A DNA stretch of 64,000 nucleotides from Gemmatimonadota bacterium. GTDB taxonomy: Bacteria > Gemmatimonadota > Gemmatimonadetes > Palauibacterales > KS3-K002. A program made the translations under genes and the position numbers. Below are positions 17,552 through 26,029 of the stretch, piece after piece (the first letter of the stretch is position 1; each line of letters starts with the position of its first letter). Where the stretch lies: assembly GCA_039589995.1 (NCBI GenBank), contig JBDHGH010000003.1:16647-80646 (forward strand). Reading direction: 5' to 3'. The notes under the pieces were generated by a model that saw only the letters and a program-made list of their open reading frames with translations, was not told where the DNA came from and did no database searches.

Positions 17552-19315
17552 ATGCGGCTCCTAACACCCTTCGTAGCTCTCAGCCTAACACTGGCCTGCA
17601 CGCCTCCTGCATCGGGCCCCAGCACGGCAACGAGCCCCAGCGGCGGCGGCAGCACGGTCACCTTTCCCTTTGACTGGGCGTTCCGCGGCCTCGACCCCAT
17701 CGGAACTGGAACTCAGGGGATGGTCGCGACCACCGACGTGCGTGCCACGCGGGTCGGTCTCGACGTACTACAGAACGGTGGCAATGCCGTAGACGCCGCA
17801 ATCGCGGTCGGCTTCACGCTTGCGGTGGTCCACCCACAGGCTGGGAATATCGGCGGTGGCGGTTTCGCGGTGGTGCGAACGGCTGACGGAGAGACGTCGA
17901 CTCTCGATTTTAGAGAAATGGCACCCATGTCACTCGTGCCCGACGACTATTTGGGTCGGGATGGAAGGCCGACCGATGACTCTCGTGTCGGCTATCTCGC
18001 CTCGGGCGTCCCTGGCACGGTTGCCGGGCTTGCCGAGCTTCACGAGCGATACGGCACGCAGGATTGGTCTGACCTGATGGCGCCGGCGATCGACCTGGCC
18101 GCCAACGGTTTCACCGTCGGTGCAGGCCTCAGCGACGCCCTCGCAGCGAAACAGACGACGCTGACACAATTCGAGACGACCGCCCAGATCTTCTATCCCG
18201 GCGGCGAACCGCTGCGCTTGGGCTCATCGCTTCAGCAGCCACTGCTCGCATCGACCCTGCGCCTGATCGCTGCCGAGGGAAAAGACGCGTTCTACCGGGG
18301 ACGCATCGCCGACATGATCGTGGAGGACATGCGCGATAACGACGGTTTGATGACCCATGATGATCTTGCACGTTACCAGGCGAAGTGGCGCGACCCGATC
18401 ACGTTCGACTATCGCGGCCACACCGTCATCTCGATGGGACCGCCATCGTCGGGCGGAATCACCATCGCAGAGTCCCTGAACATCTTGGATGGCTACAACT
18501 TGGCGCAGTTGGGCTGGGGCACACCCGAGTCGATTCATCTCATGACGGAAGCGTTCCGACGCGCATTCGCCGACCGCAATTTCTACCTGGGCGATCCCGA
18601 CTTCGTCGAGATGCCCGTAGAAAGGCTCATCAGCAAAGACTACGCGGCCGAGCAGCGTGCCTCGATCTCCAGGAGCCGGGCCTCGTCGTCGGAGTCATTC
18701 AACCGGGTGCCCGTGGTCGGCGAAGGGGCCAACACCACGCACGTTTCCATCGTGGACAGCCAGGGCAATGCTGTGGCGTTCACCTACACGATCAATGGGA
18801 GCTTCGGCTCGGGCGTCGTGGTCCCACGGGCAGGTTTCTTTCTGAATAACGAGATGGACGACTTCACCGTGCGCGCCGGGTACTCGAACATGTACGGGCT
18901 GGTACAGAGCGATGCCAACCTGGTAGGTCCGGGTCGTCGCCCGCTGTCGGCAATGTCCCCGACGATCGTACTCGACCCCCAAGGCGAGCTTCTCATGGTC
19001 GTCGGCTCGCCAGGTGGTCCGAAAATCATCACGGCGGTGGCCCAGGTGATCATGAACGTCGTTGATTTCGGGATGGGCGTCCGCGACGCCACCGACGCCC
19101 CGCGTATCCACCATCAACTACTGCCCGACAGGCTCCAGTTAGAGGACAACGGAGTCGACGATATGACGCGGTCTGCACTCGCCTCGATGGGGCACCAGCT
19201 TGCACCCATGGCCGGGTACTTCGGCGACATCCAGTTGATCATCCGCGCGCCCGACGGGACACTCTACGGCGCGTCCGACCCCCGGCGCGAGGGCGGACGG
19301 GCGCTGGGGTTCTGA
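17552..19315 (+). CDS. ggt: Gamma-glutamyltransferase (lipoprotein)
   Basis: Lipobox LTLAC; GGNAVDAA, GNIGGGGF, DFRE, NTTHVS nucleophile, LNNEMDDF, GSPGG, ASDPR. Confidence 0.95.
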   Translation: MRLLTPFVALSLTLACTPPASGPSTATSPSGGGSTVTFPFDWAFRGLDPIGTGTQGMVATTDVRATRVGLDVLQNGGNAVDAAIAVGFTLAVVHPQAGNIGGGGFAVVRTADGETSTLDFREMAPMSLVPDDYLGRDGRPTDDSRVGYLASGVPGTVAGLAELHERYGTQDWSDLMAPAIDLAANGFTVGAGLSDALAAKQTTLTQFETTAQIFYPGGEPLRLGSSLQQPLLASTLRLIAAEGKDAFYRGRIADMIVEDMRDNDGLMTHDDLARYQAKWRDPITFDYRGHTVISMGPPSSGGITIAESLNILDGYNLAQLGWGTPESIHLMTEAFRRAFADRNFYLGDPDFVEMPVERLISKDYAAEQRASISRSRASSSESFNRVPVVGEGANTTHVSIVDSQGNAVAFTYTINGSFGSGVVVPRAGFFLNNEMDDFTVRAGYSNMYGLVQSDANLVGPGRRPLSAMSPTIVLDPQGELLMVVGSPGGPKIITAVAQVIMNVVDFGMGVRDATDAPRIHHQLLPDRLQLEDNGVDDMTRSALASMGHQLAPMAGYFGDIQLIIRAPDGTLYGASDPRREGGRALGF

Positions 19316-19316
19316 C

Positions 19317-21077
19317 TTGCTGAAACAGCTCGCACCCTTACTGCCTTACGCACGCCGCTACCGAGCCCGGATCGCCGCCGGGCTCGGCTTGATCCTGTTC
19401 GCGAACAGCTTCTCTCTGGCCTGGCCCTACCTTCTGAAATTGGGAATCGACGCGATGGAGGCCGGAGCCACACCTGGCCGCCTGGCCGGGTACGCCGGCG
19501 CCATCGTTGGATTCTCCATTCTGGGCGGTATCGGCCGTTACTTGATGCGGGAGTTGATGAACGGCATGAGTCGTCATGTGGAGAACGATCTACGCGACGA
19601 CTACTTCGAACATCTGCTTCACCTGTCGCCAGAATTCTATCAACGCGTTCCCACCGGCGAATTGATGAGTCGGGCGACGAACGACATCCCAGCCGTCCGA
19701 ATGGTGATCGGCCCGGCGATCATGTACCTGGTCAATACCGCGGTGGTCTCGATCATCGCGCTGACCATGCTGATTCTGATCGATGCCCGCCTCACCGCTC
19801 TGGCGTCGCTACCGTTGCTCGTTGTGCCCATTACGGTCATCTACTTCGGACGCGAGATACACAAACGCTTCGAGGCGATCCAAGCCCAGTTCGGTCGAAT
19901 CTCGACGATGGCCCAAGAGAATCTGGCGGGCGCCCGTATCGTCAAAGCATACGTCCAGGAGGAAGCGCAAGCGCGTGAATTCACGGTTCTGAACCGTGAG
20001 TACATGAGCCGCAACCTCCGGCTGGCTAAGGTGTGGGGGCTGTTCCACCCGGCGCTCATGTTACTCACGGGTCTCGGCGCCGTCATCGTCCTGGGCCAGG
20101 GCGGCCGCGACGTGATCATGGGCAGAATCACCATCGGAGACTTCGTCGCCTTCGCCTTCTATCTGCTCCAGCTCATCTGGCCGATGATCGCCCTCGGTTG
20201 GGTGATCAACCTGTTCGAGCGCGGCGCCGCCTCGATGGGTCGGATCCAGGAAATCATGTCGCAACCACCAACGATCGCGGACGGAGACCGGACCGTGGCA
20301 GTGGCGACGCCACGAGGCGGAATCGAGTTCCGTAACGTCTCCTTCCGGTACCCGGGCACCGAGAGACAGGGGCTGACCGACATCTCTTTCAACATCGAGC
20401 CCGGGCAAACCGTGGCTATCGTCGGGCCCACAGGCTCGGGGAAGAGCACGATCGTTCGCCTGATCCCGCGACTATACGACACCGACCAGGGCGAGGTTCT
20501 CCTGGACGACATTCCCGTAAAGGATATTCCGCTCGAGCAACTGCGCAGTCTCATCTCCATGGTCCCGCAGGAGCCGTTCCTATTTTCCGAGACACTGGGC
20601 TCGAATATCGCCTTCGGTCTGCAGAACGGTGGCGATGACCAGCGCGTGGAAGATGCCGCGCAAATCGCGCAGCTGACGGAAGCGATCCAAGACTTCCCGC
20701 AGGGTTACGACACCCAGCTCGGCGAGCGAGGGATCAACCTGTCGGGGGGTCAAAAGCAGCGTGCGACGCTGGCCCGAGCGCTGACCCGTAACTCGCCGGT
20801 GCTCATACTGGATGATGCGTTGTCGTCGGTGGACACGAACACCGAGATGCGCATCCTCGCCGGGCTACAGGACGTGCTGAAGCGACACACCAGCCTCATC
20901 GTTTCGCACAGAGTCACAGCCGTTAAGGATGCCGACTTCATCCTGGTCATCGAAGACGGAGAGATTGTCGAGCGCGGCGTACACCCGGAGCTCATCGAGG
21001 CGGGCGGCACTTACGCTCGGCTTCTGCGGCGCCAACTTCTGGAGGAAAGCCTGGAGACCGGCCGGGCGACGGCCTAG
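19317..21077 (+). CDS. ABC exporter, fused permease/ATP-binding protein (MdlA-like)
   Basis: TM domain; GPTGSGKS; LSGGQKQR; LILDDALSSVD; VSHR. Confidence 0.93.
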   Translation: MLKQLAPLLPYARRYRARIAAGLGLILFANSFSLAWPYLLKLGIDAMEAGATPGRLAGYAGAIVGFSILGGIGRYLMRELMNGMSRHVENDLRDDYFEHLLHLSPEFYQRVPTGELMSRATNDIPAVRMVIGPAIMYLVNTAVVSIIALTMLILIDARLTALASLPLLVVPITVIYFGREIHKRFEAIQAQFGRISTMAQENLAGARIVKAYVQEEAQAREFTVLNREYMSRNLRLAKVWGLFHPALMLLTGLGAVIVLGQGGRDVIMGRITIGDFVAFAFYLLQLIWPMIALGWVINLFERGAASMGRIQEIMSQPPTIADGDRTVAVATPRGGIEFRNVSFRYPGTERQGLTDISFNIEPGQTVAIVGPTGSGKSTIVRLIPRLYDTDQGEVLLDDIPVKDIPLEQLRSLISMVPQEPFLFSETLGSNIAFGLQNGGDDQRVEDAAQIAQLTEAIQDFPQGYDTQLGERGINLSGGQKQRATLARALTRNSPVLILDDALSSVDTNTEMRILAGLQDVLKRHTSLIVSHRVTAVKDADFILVIEDGEIVERGVHPELIEAGGTYARLLRRQLLEESLETGRATA

Positions 21078-21814
21078 ATGCGCTCCATCAAAAAGTCCGG
21101 AGTAAACTGAACGAGCCAACCCGCCAGCAACGTGAACTTCCCGGTCACCAGCAGCAGCCCGACCAGTATCAGCAGGATGCCCGCTACCCACTCCACATAG
21201 CGTAGGTAACGCCGGAACTTCTGGAACCACGAGAGAAAAGCCGTCAAAGCGACAGCGCTTAAGACGAAAGGAATCGCAAGCCCCGCGGAGTAGACCGCGA
21301 GCAGACCGACACCCTCCGCGACGTTCGCTCGAGTTGCCGCCAACGTTAGAATGGCACCGAGTATCGGCCCGATGCACGGCACCCACCCGGCCCCGAAAGC
21401 CGCACCGACCGCCATCGTTCCGAAGTAGCCCACCGGCTTGTTCTGAAACTGATAGCGCCTCTCGCGGCTGAGCGCCGGAATAGGAATGATGCCGAGCAAC
21501 AAGACGCCGAAGAGGATGATGATGACACCCCCTATGCGGGCGATGACATCCTGGTATACACGAAGCAGCTGCCCGATATACGTGGCCGAGGCACCCATCA
21601 GCATGAAGATGAGGGTGAAGCCAGCCACAAACAGCAGCGAGTGGATCAACGTATTTCGCTTGACGTCCTCCCCTCCCTGCTCGAGCTCCTCCATCCCGAG
21701 GCCGGTTATGAAGGACACATAGGACGGTACCAGTGGCAAAACGCAGGGGCTCAGGAAGCTCAGTAGGCCAGCAATCAGCGCCACGAAGATTCCGATCGAT
21801 GTTCCTTCTTGCAT
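21074..21814 (-). CDS. ccdA: Cytochrome c biogenesis protein CcdA
   Basis: AGLLSFLSPCVLPLVPSY and GWVPCIGPILG. ATG 21814 chosen as start. Confidence 0.9.
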   Translation of the reverse strand: MQEGTSIGIFVALIAGLLSFLSPCVLPLVPSYVSFITGLGMEELEQGGEDVKRNTLIHSLLFVAGFTLIFMLMGASATYIGQLLRVYQDVIARIGGVIIILFGVLLLGIIPIPALSRERRYQFQNKPVGYFGTMAVGAAFGAGWVPCIGPILGAILTLAATRANVAEGVGLLAVYSAGLAIPFVLSAVALTAFLSWFQKFRRYLRYVEWVAGILLILVGLLLVTGKFTLLAGWLVQFTPDFLMERI

Positions 21815-21900
21815 CTTGGGCAGAATCCTATCTAAGGCCACTTGTGTTCGGGCGTCGGGGTCTTTCTATGGCTCGAGCAGTCTTTCTGTCAGAACCTATC

Positions 21901-22028
21901 TAGGGCCACCTGTAATCAGTAATCAGTGACCAGTGACTCCAACGCCGTTCGCGATCCACTACGCGCGCGCCTGCGCGCCGAGGGCCCTGACTGGCCAAGG
22001 AATCACTGGTTACTGATTACTGATTACA
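21901..22028. repeat. ~128-bp palindromic element with heptamer arms, copy 1
   Basis: Left arm TGTAATCAGTAATCAGTGACCAGTGACTCC (21911-21940); right arm GGAATCACTGGTTACTGATTACTGATTACA (21999-22028); 28/30 complementary; core TACGCGCGCGCCTGCGCG. Confidence 0.9.
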
Positions 22029-22069
22029 CTTGACGGCCAGAAACCCGTTGTCAGCTGCGCACAGAAACG

Positions 22070-22963
22070 CTAACCAGAAGCCAACTTAGACCCAAAATAA
22101 CCAATCATTTTGTACACCAGCTTCGCCACTAGAAAATCCGGTGCCACTGAACCCCCAATCGGCGCCAGTTCGACGACGTCGGCCGCGACGACGTTCTTCT
22201 CGGCGAAGACACGTCGGAGCAGTTTCGTCGCTTGCTCCCAGGTGCCGCCGCCCGGCTCCGGCGTCCCTGTCGAGGGGACGAAAGCGGGGTCGAAGAAGTC
22301 GACGTCGAAACTGATGTAGACGTTCTCCGAGTCCAGAGCTTCCAGCGCGCGGTCCATCCAACCCTCGCCGCCCAACTCTTCGCCGTAGACCATGGTGAGG
22401 CCCAGTTCGCCCATCAGGCGGCGCTCCTCTACATCGATTGCTCGGATACCCACACCGACGGGCCGTACCCGGTCAACCACCCTACGCATAACGCAGGCAT
22501 GGCTCCAGCGGGTTCCATGGAAGCTATCACGCAGGTCGGCGTGTGCGTCGAACTGGAGGATGGCGAGGTCGTCGTCGAGGCGGTCGGCCCAGTAGAGGAT
22601 CGGCACCTGCGTTATGGTATGCTCGCCGCCCAATGCGATCACGAACTGATCGCGGTCGGCAACCTCGGCGTAGGCAACGCGCAACTCCTGGAGCGCCTGC
22701 TCGGGACCGCCCGCGGTTAGCTCAACCGTGGGATAGGTGTGGATGCCCATGCGGTACGGTTCGGCGTCCAACTCGTGGTCGTACAATTCCACGTGCCGGG
22801 ACGCAACGAGGATCGCCTCAGGCCCGCGCCGCGTGCCCTCCATGTAGGAGGTAGTCGCTTCATAGGGGACAGGCAGCAATGCAACGCGCGCCCGCTCCAG
22901 AGCGCTCCACTCTTCGCCCAGACCGAGGAAGCTGTATGGATCCTCCCACGAGAAATCTGACAC
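22070..22963 (-). CDS. speB: Agmatinase
   Basis: GGEHTIT, FDAHADLRD, SHAC, FDVDFFDP, TGTPEPGG, DVVELAP; downstream of pdaD. Start inferred at GTG 22963. Confidence 0.93.
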   Translation of the reverse strand: MSDFSWEDPYSFLGLGEEWSALERARVALLPVPYEATTSYMEGTRRGPEAILVASRHVELYDHELDAEPYRMGIHTYPTVELTAGGPEQALQELRVAYAEVADRDQFVIALGGEHTITQVPILYWADRLDDDLAILQFDAHADLRDSFHGTRWSHACVMRRVVDRVRPVGVGIRAIDVEERRLMGELGLTMVYGEELGGEGWMDRALEALDSENVYISFDVDFFDPAFVPSTGTPEPGGGTWEQATKLLRRVFAEKNVVAADVVELAPIGGSVAPDFLVAKLVYKMIGYFGSKLASG

Positions 22964-22987
22964 GTTCTTACCGTCCAAGTTGGTATG

Positions 22988-23116
22988 TAGGGCCACCTGT
23001 GATCAGTAATCAGTAACCAGTAACTCCGTGGCCGTTCGCGTTGTCTTTACGCGCGCGCCTGCGCGTCGAGGAACGCGACCGAGCACGGGATCACTGGTTA
23101 CTGATTACTGATTACA
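22988..23116. repeat. ~128-bp palindromic element with heptamer arms, copy 2
   Basis: TAGGGCCACC-TGTGATCAGTAATCAGTAACCAGTAACTCC ... TACGCGCGCGCCTGCGCG ... GGGATCACTGGTTACTGATTACTGATTACA; same orientation as copy 1. Confidence 0.9.
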
Positions 23117-23174
23117 CGAGACCGCCAGAAACGACTACTCGAGCAAATCTAGTTTTCGCCAACCAGAAACCAAC

Positions 23175-23732
23175 TCAGGGCAGCAGCACCGCAGCTGTAA
23201 CGACACTGACCCACTTGCCGTCCTCACCGCCCTCGGCGGTCTGAGTGATGTTGGCGGTGCGTACGATCTTGCCGGACAGGTGCCACTGCGCGCGCTGTTC
23301 GTCCCAATTGGTGTCGGGATCGAACGGGACGTCGAGAATGGTCGCCAGCATCTGGGCCGCGAGGTCTTCGGCGTAATCGCCCGCTGTCTTCTCGTTCTCC
23401 CCGTATGCGTGATGCTCGGACAGGTAACCGAACTGGTTGGGGTCCTTGGGTATCGCAACACCGATGCTCGCCGCGATTAGACGACTCGGTTCTTTGGTTT
23501 CGAGACGAGACATGACGGCGAAAGTGATTTGGCCGGGCGTCAACTCCTCGAGGCCTTCGTCCCGCTCGATCAACTTGCAGTGGGGGGGAAATATCGAAGA
23601 GACGCCCACCAGGTTGTATCGCGCGATGCGAGCCCCTCGCAGCGCCATCTCGAACGCGGACAACCGCTCACGGTGGATCCCCATTCCCTTGGTAAGGAAT
23701 ATTCTCTTGGGAACGAACGAACCTGAGTCCAC
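23175..23732 (-). CDS. pdaD: Pyruvoyl-dependent arginine decarboxylase
   Basis: PKRIFLTKGMG, SAFEMALRGA, NLVGVSSIFPP (Ser-Ser self-cleavage site), GYLSEHH. Confidence 0.9.
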   Translation of the reverse strand: MDSGSFVPKRIFLTKGMGIHRERLSAFEMALRGARIARYNLVGVSSIFPPHCKLIERDEGLEELTPGQITFAVMSRLETKEPSRLIAASIGVAIPKDPNQFGYLSEHHAYGENEKTAGDYAEDLAAQMLATILDVPFDPDTNWDEQRAQWHLSGKIVRTANITQTAEGGEDGKWVSVVTAAVLLP

Positions 23733-23852
23733 TGGGTCAGCCCCTCATAGAAAAGCGCGACGCCCCGGGTGTACGGGTGCCGCGCATACTCAGCCCCGGC
23801 CCGGGCCCTAGCCCGGGTTTACTTGTAAGGTTGTGGGCCCAACTAGGTCAAG

Positions 23853-24290
23853 CTAGTCGCGACAGCTCGGGCAATAGCCGATGAGCTCCAGACGATAGTC
23901 GAGGATCTCGAAACCATCGTCGCTGTGAAACCCTCGGATCATTTCCGAGTCGTGGTTCCCCACGACGTCGCGAACGGTCCCGCACTTCAGACAACGAACA
24001 TGGTCGTGGTCATCGGTGCGCCCGTCGTAACGCGCGGGTCCGCCGCCCAGCGCTAGCTTGCGGGACACACCCGCCTCAACGAACGCCTCCAGCGCTTTGT
24101 AGACCGTGGCCAGGCTGATTTCCGGGAGTACTTCCCGTACCTGGGTAAAGATCTCGTCGGCGGTGGGGTGTATCGTGACGTTCTTCAGGTAGCGATAGAT
24201 CGCCGCCCGCTGAGCGGTGTGTCGGTGACCCGACGCTTCCAGCGCGGTCTTCAACCGCTCTTCTTTACTTCCCTCAGAAGCGAGAAACAT
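23853..24290 (-). CDS. Fur family regulator, PerR-like
   Basis: TAQRAAI, HPTADEI, ISLATVYKAL, RYDG...HDHVRCLKC, GYCPSC. Confidence 0.88.
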   Translation of the reverse strand: MFLASEGSKEERLKTALEASGHRHTAQRAAIYRYLKNVTIHPTADEIFTQVREVLPEISLATVYKALEAFVEAGVSRKLALGGGPARYDGRTDDHDHVRCLKCGTVRDVVGNHDSEMIRGFHSDDGFEILDYRLELIGYCPSCRD

Positions 24291-24298
24291 GGCCCTAA

Positions 24299-24910
24299 CT
24301 ATTCCGGTTCAGTGTAGGCACCGTCTCCAGAAACGGCCGTCTCCGTCTCGTTAATAGTACTAAAAGTTATTGCTGTTGCTAGGCGGTTGTCAACGTGGTT
24401 TGGGGCCGTCGCCGCCTGGCCGTTTCCGTTGCCGTTACCATTGCCATTCGCGAAACGCTGCAAAACCTGCTCCCACGCCTCCAGGGCTCCACCCACTTCG
24501 ATGACCTCTGGAGTTCCCGCTTCGGAGAGGCGCTTGAGCAAACGGTCCGGTACGCCCGCCACCCAGTCGTGCGGCGCCGTCCCGTGCTCTCTGAGCTTTT
24601 GCACCCACTCGAGGTCTTCGCTGTCCGGATCGGCTCGATGAGCATCCACGTGCGACGTCAGGATGCGACGGCGCTCGGGTCCCCCATCGTAACAGATAAG
24701 AACGAGGAATTCGCAGGCCAGTTCGCGATTGGGGAGCGGTGGGAATACCCACAACTCGTCGATTAGCGAGGAAGGCACGCTGTCCGCGATCGCCTGCAAC
24801 CGAAGGCCGAGCGGAAGCACTCGATCCGGCTTGGCCGAACCGGTCATTCCATTCACGAGCATCCGACGCCTTGAACCGCTCTCACGTGCCTTTTTTCTGC
24901 GCCCGTTCAC
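24299..24910 (-). CDS. Hypothetical protein with an NGNGNG low-complexity linker
   Basis: In line with neighbouring genes, plausible composition; start uncertain. Confidence 0.6.
   Translation of the reverse strand: MNGRRKKARESGSRRRMLVNGMTGSAKPDRVLPLGLRLQAIADSVPSSLIDELWVFPPLPNRELACEFLVLICYDGGPERRRILTSHVDAHRADPDSEDLEWVQKLREHGTAPHDWVAGVPDRLLKRLSEAGTPEVIEVGGALEAWEQVLQRFANGNGNGNGNGQAATAPNHVDNRLATAITFSTINETETAVSGDGAYTEPE
24364..24393 (-). promoter_or_regulatory. Putative sigma70 promoter for the perR-like gene, inside the upstream CDS
   Basis: TTGACA-18 nt-TAACTT on the minus strand, followed by the AT-rich TTAGTACTATTAA. Confidence 0.5.
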
Positions 24911-24994
24911 CAGCCACCACCTCCCGATCCCGTCGTAACGGGCTGTTGTACGGCTTACTACAATAAGATAAGATACCGCCCCCGCGGCTCGCCC

Positions 24995-26008
24995 TCAAGA
25001 GCGGGAACGTAGTCTGGCCAACTGCGACCGGCATTCGTTCAATACCCGCTCGGTCACCGCGGCCAAATCGCCGGAAATCGTGGCACCCGCCGCCTTTACG
25101 TGGCCGCCACCCCCAAAGGTGCGGGCCACGCTCGCGATATCGGCCGGACCGGTGGAGCGGAGCGAGACCTTCACTTTCCCATCATCCACTTCTCGGAAGA
25201 GGACGGCTATCTCGGTTCCCGCCAGGTTTCGCAGGTGCTCGATAATCCCCTCGTACTCGTCGAGCGGCCCGAACCGGAGGTGGATGCCTCGATCCAGCAC
25301 GGCCCATGTGAGTCCTAGCTTCTCATCCCGTCGCATCCCATCCAGAGCCGCGCTGAGCACGCCCAACTCGTCGGTCGTCGCTGTGGCAAAGAGAGGCCCG
25401 TACAGCGCCTCCGGATCGACACCCGACTCGATCAATACCGCTGCGAGTCGATGAACGCGGGGACTGGTGTTCGAGTAGCGGAAAGATCCGGTGTCCGTGA
25501 CCAGGCCAACATACAGAGCCCGGGCTGTCTCCGGTGCGATGGGTCTACCTGAACATACCAACACGTCGTAGACCAACTCGGCTGTGGCCGCCGCCTTGGA
25601 GTCGACGAGAGTCACCGCTGCGGCGATCTCGTTGTTGGACACGGCATGATGATCGATGACCACCGTGCGTTCCAGCTCGTACAGGGCTGCGAAATCTCCC
25701 AAGCGGCTCCGCTCCGACGTATCGACCGCAAGTTGGACGTCGGCGCGGCGCAGTGCCTCGAAGCCGATCTCGTCCGGCGGAAGTGGCTCGACACCCTCTG
25801 GCAGAAGAAAGCGGAAGCTGTCGGCAAAGGGTGTACCCGCCAGAAGCCGCACGTCTTTATCGGAGAAGTGGTGTGCGATGGCGCAGGCGGAACCCCAGCC
25901 ATCCCCATCACCACCCAGGTGTGTGGCGATAGCGATGGAATCGGCGTCCTCGAGCCGATGCGCGATCCGGCGAGCCGAATCGAGGCGATGCGACGGCGTC
26001 TGGATCAC
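24995..26008 (-). CDS. DHH/DHHA1 phosphoesterase (NrnA-like oligoribonuclease/pAp phosphatase)
   Basis: THLGGDGDG, IDHH, TDTGSFRY, KVSLRS, GGGGHVKAAG. Confidence 0.9.
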   Translation of the reverse strand: MIQTPSHRLDSARRIAHRLEDADSIAIATHLGGDGDGWGSACAIAHHFSDKDVRLLAGTPFADSFRFLLPEGVEPLPPDEIGFEALRRADVQLAVDTSERSRLGDFAALYELERTVVIDHHAVSNNEIAAAVTLVDSKAAATAELVYDVLVCSGRPIAPETARALYVGLVTDTGSFRYSNTSPRVHRLAAVLIESGVDPEALYGPLFATATTDELGVLSAALDGMRRDEKLGLTWAVLDRGIHLRFGPLDEYEGIIEHLRNLAGTEIAVLFREVDDGKVKVSLRSTGPADIASVARTFGGGGHVKAAGATISGDLAAVTERVLNECRSQLARLRSRS

Positions 26009-26029
26009 CGCGAGCTGGTTCGGCTGCTC

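Noticed and set aside
21901-23116. Possible CRISPR array or composite transposon
   Set aside because: Only two long palindromic copies separated by a whole gene; no repeat-spacer periodicity, cas gene or transposase.
24415-24448. NGNGNG coding repeat as a phase-variation tract
   Set aside because: Codons vary (AAT/AAC, GGC/GGT), so it is a protein linker rather than a slippage tract.
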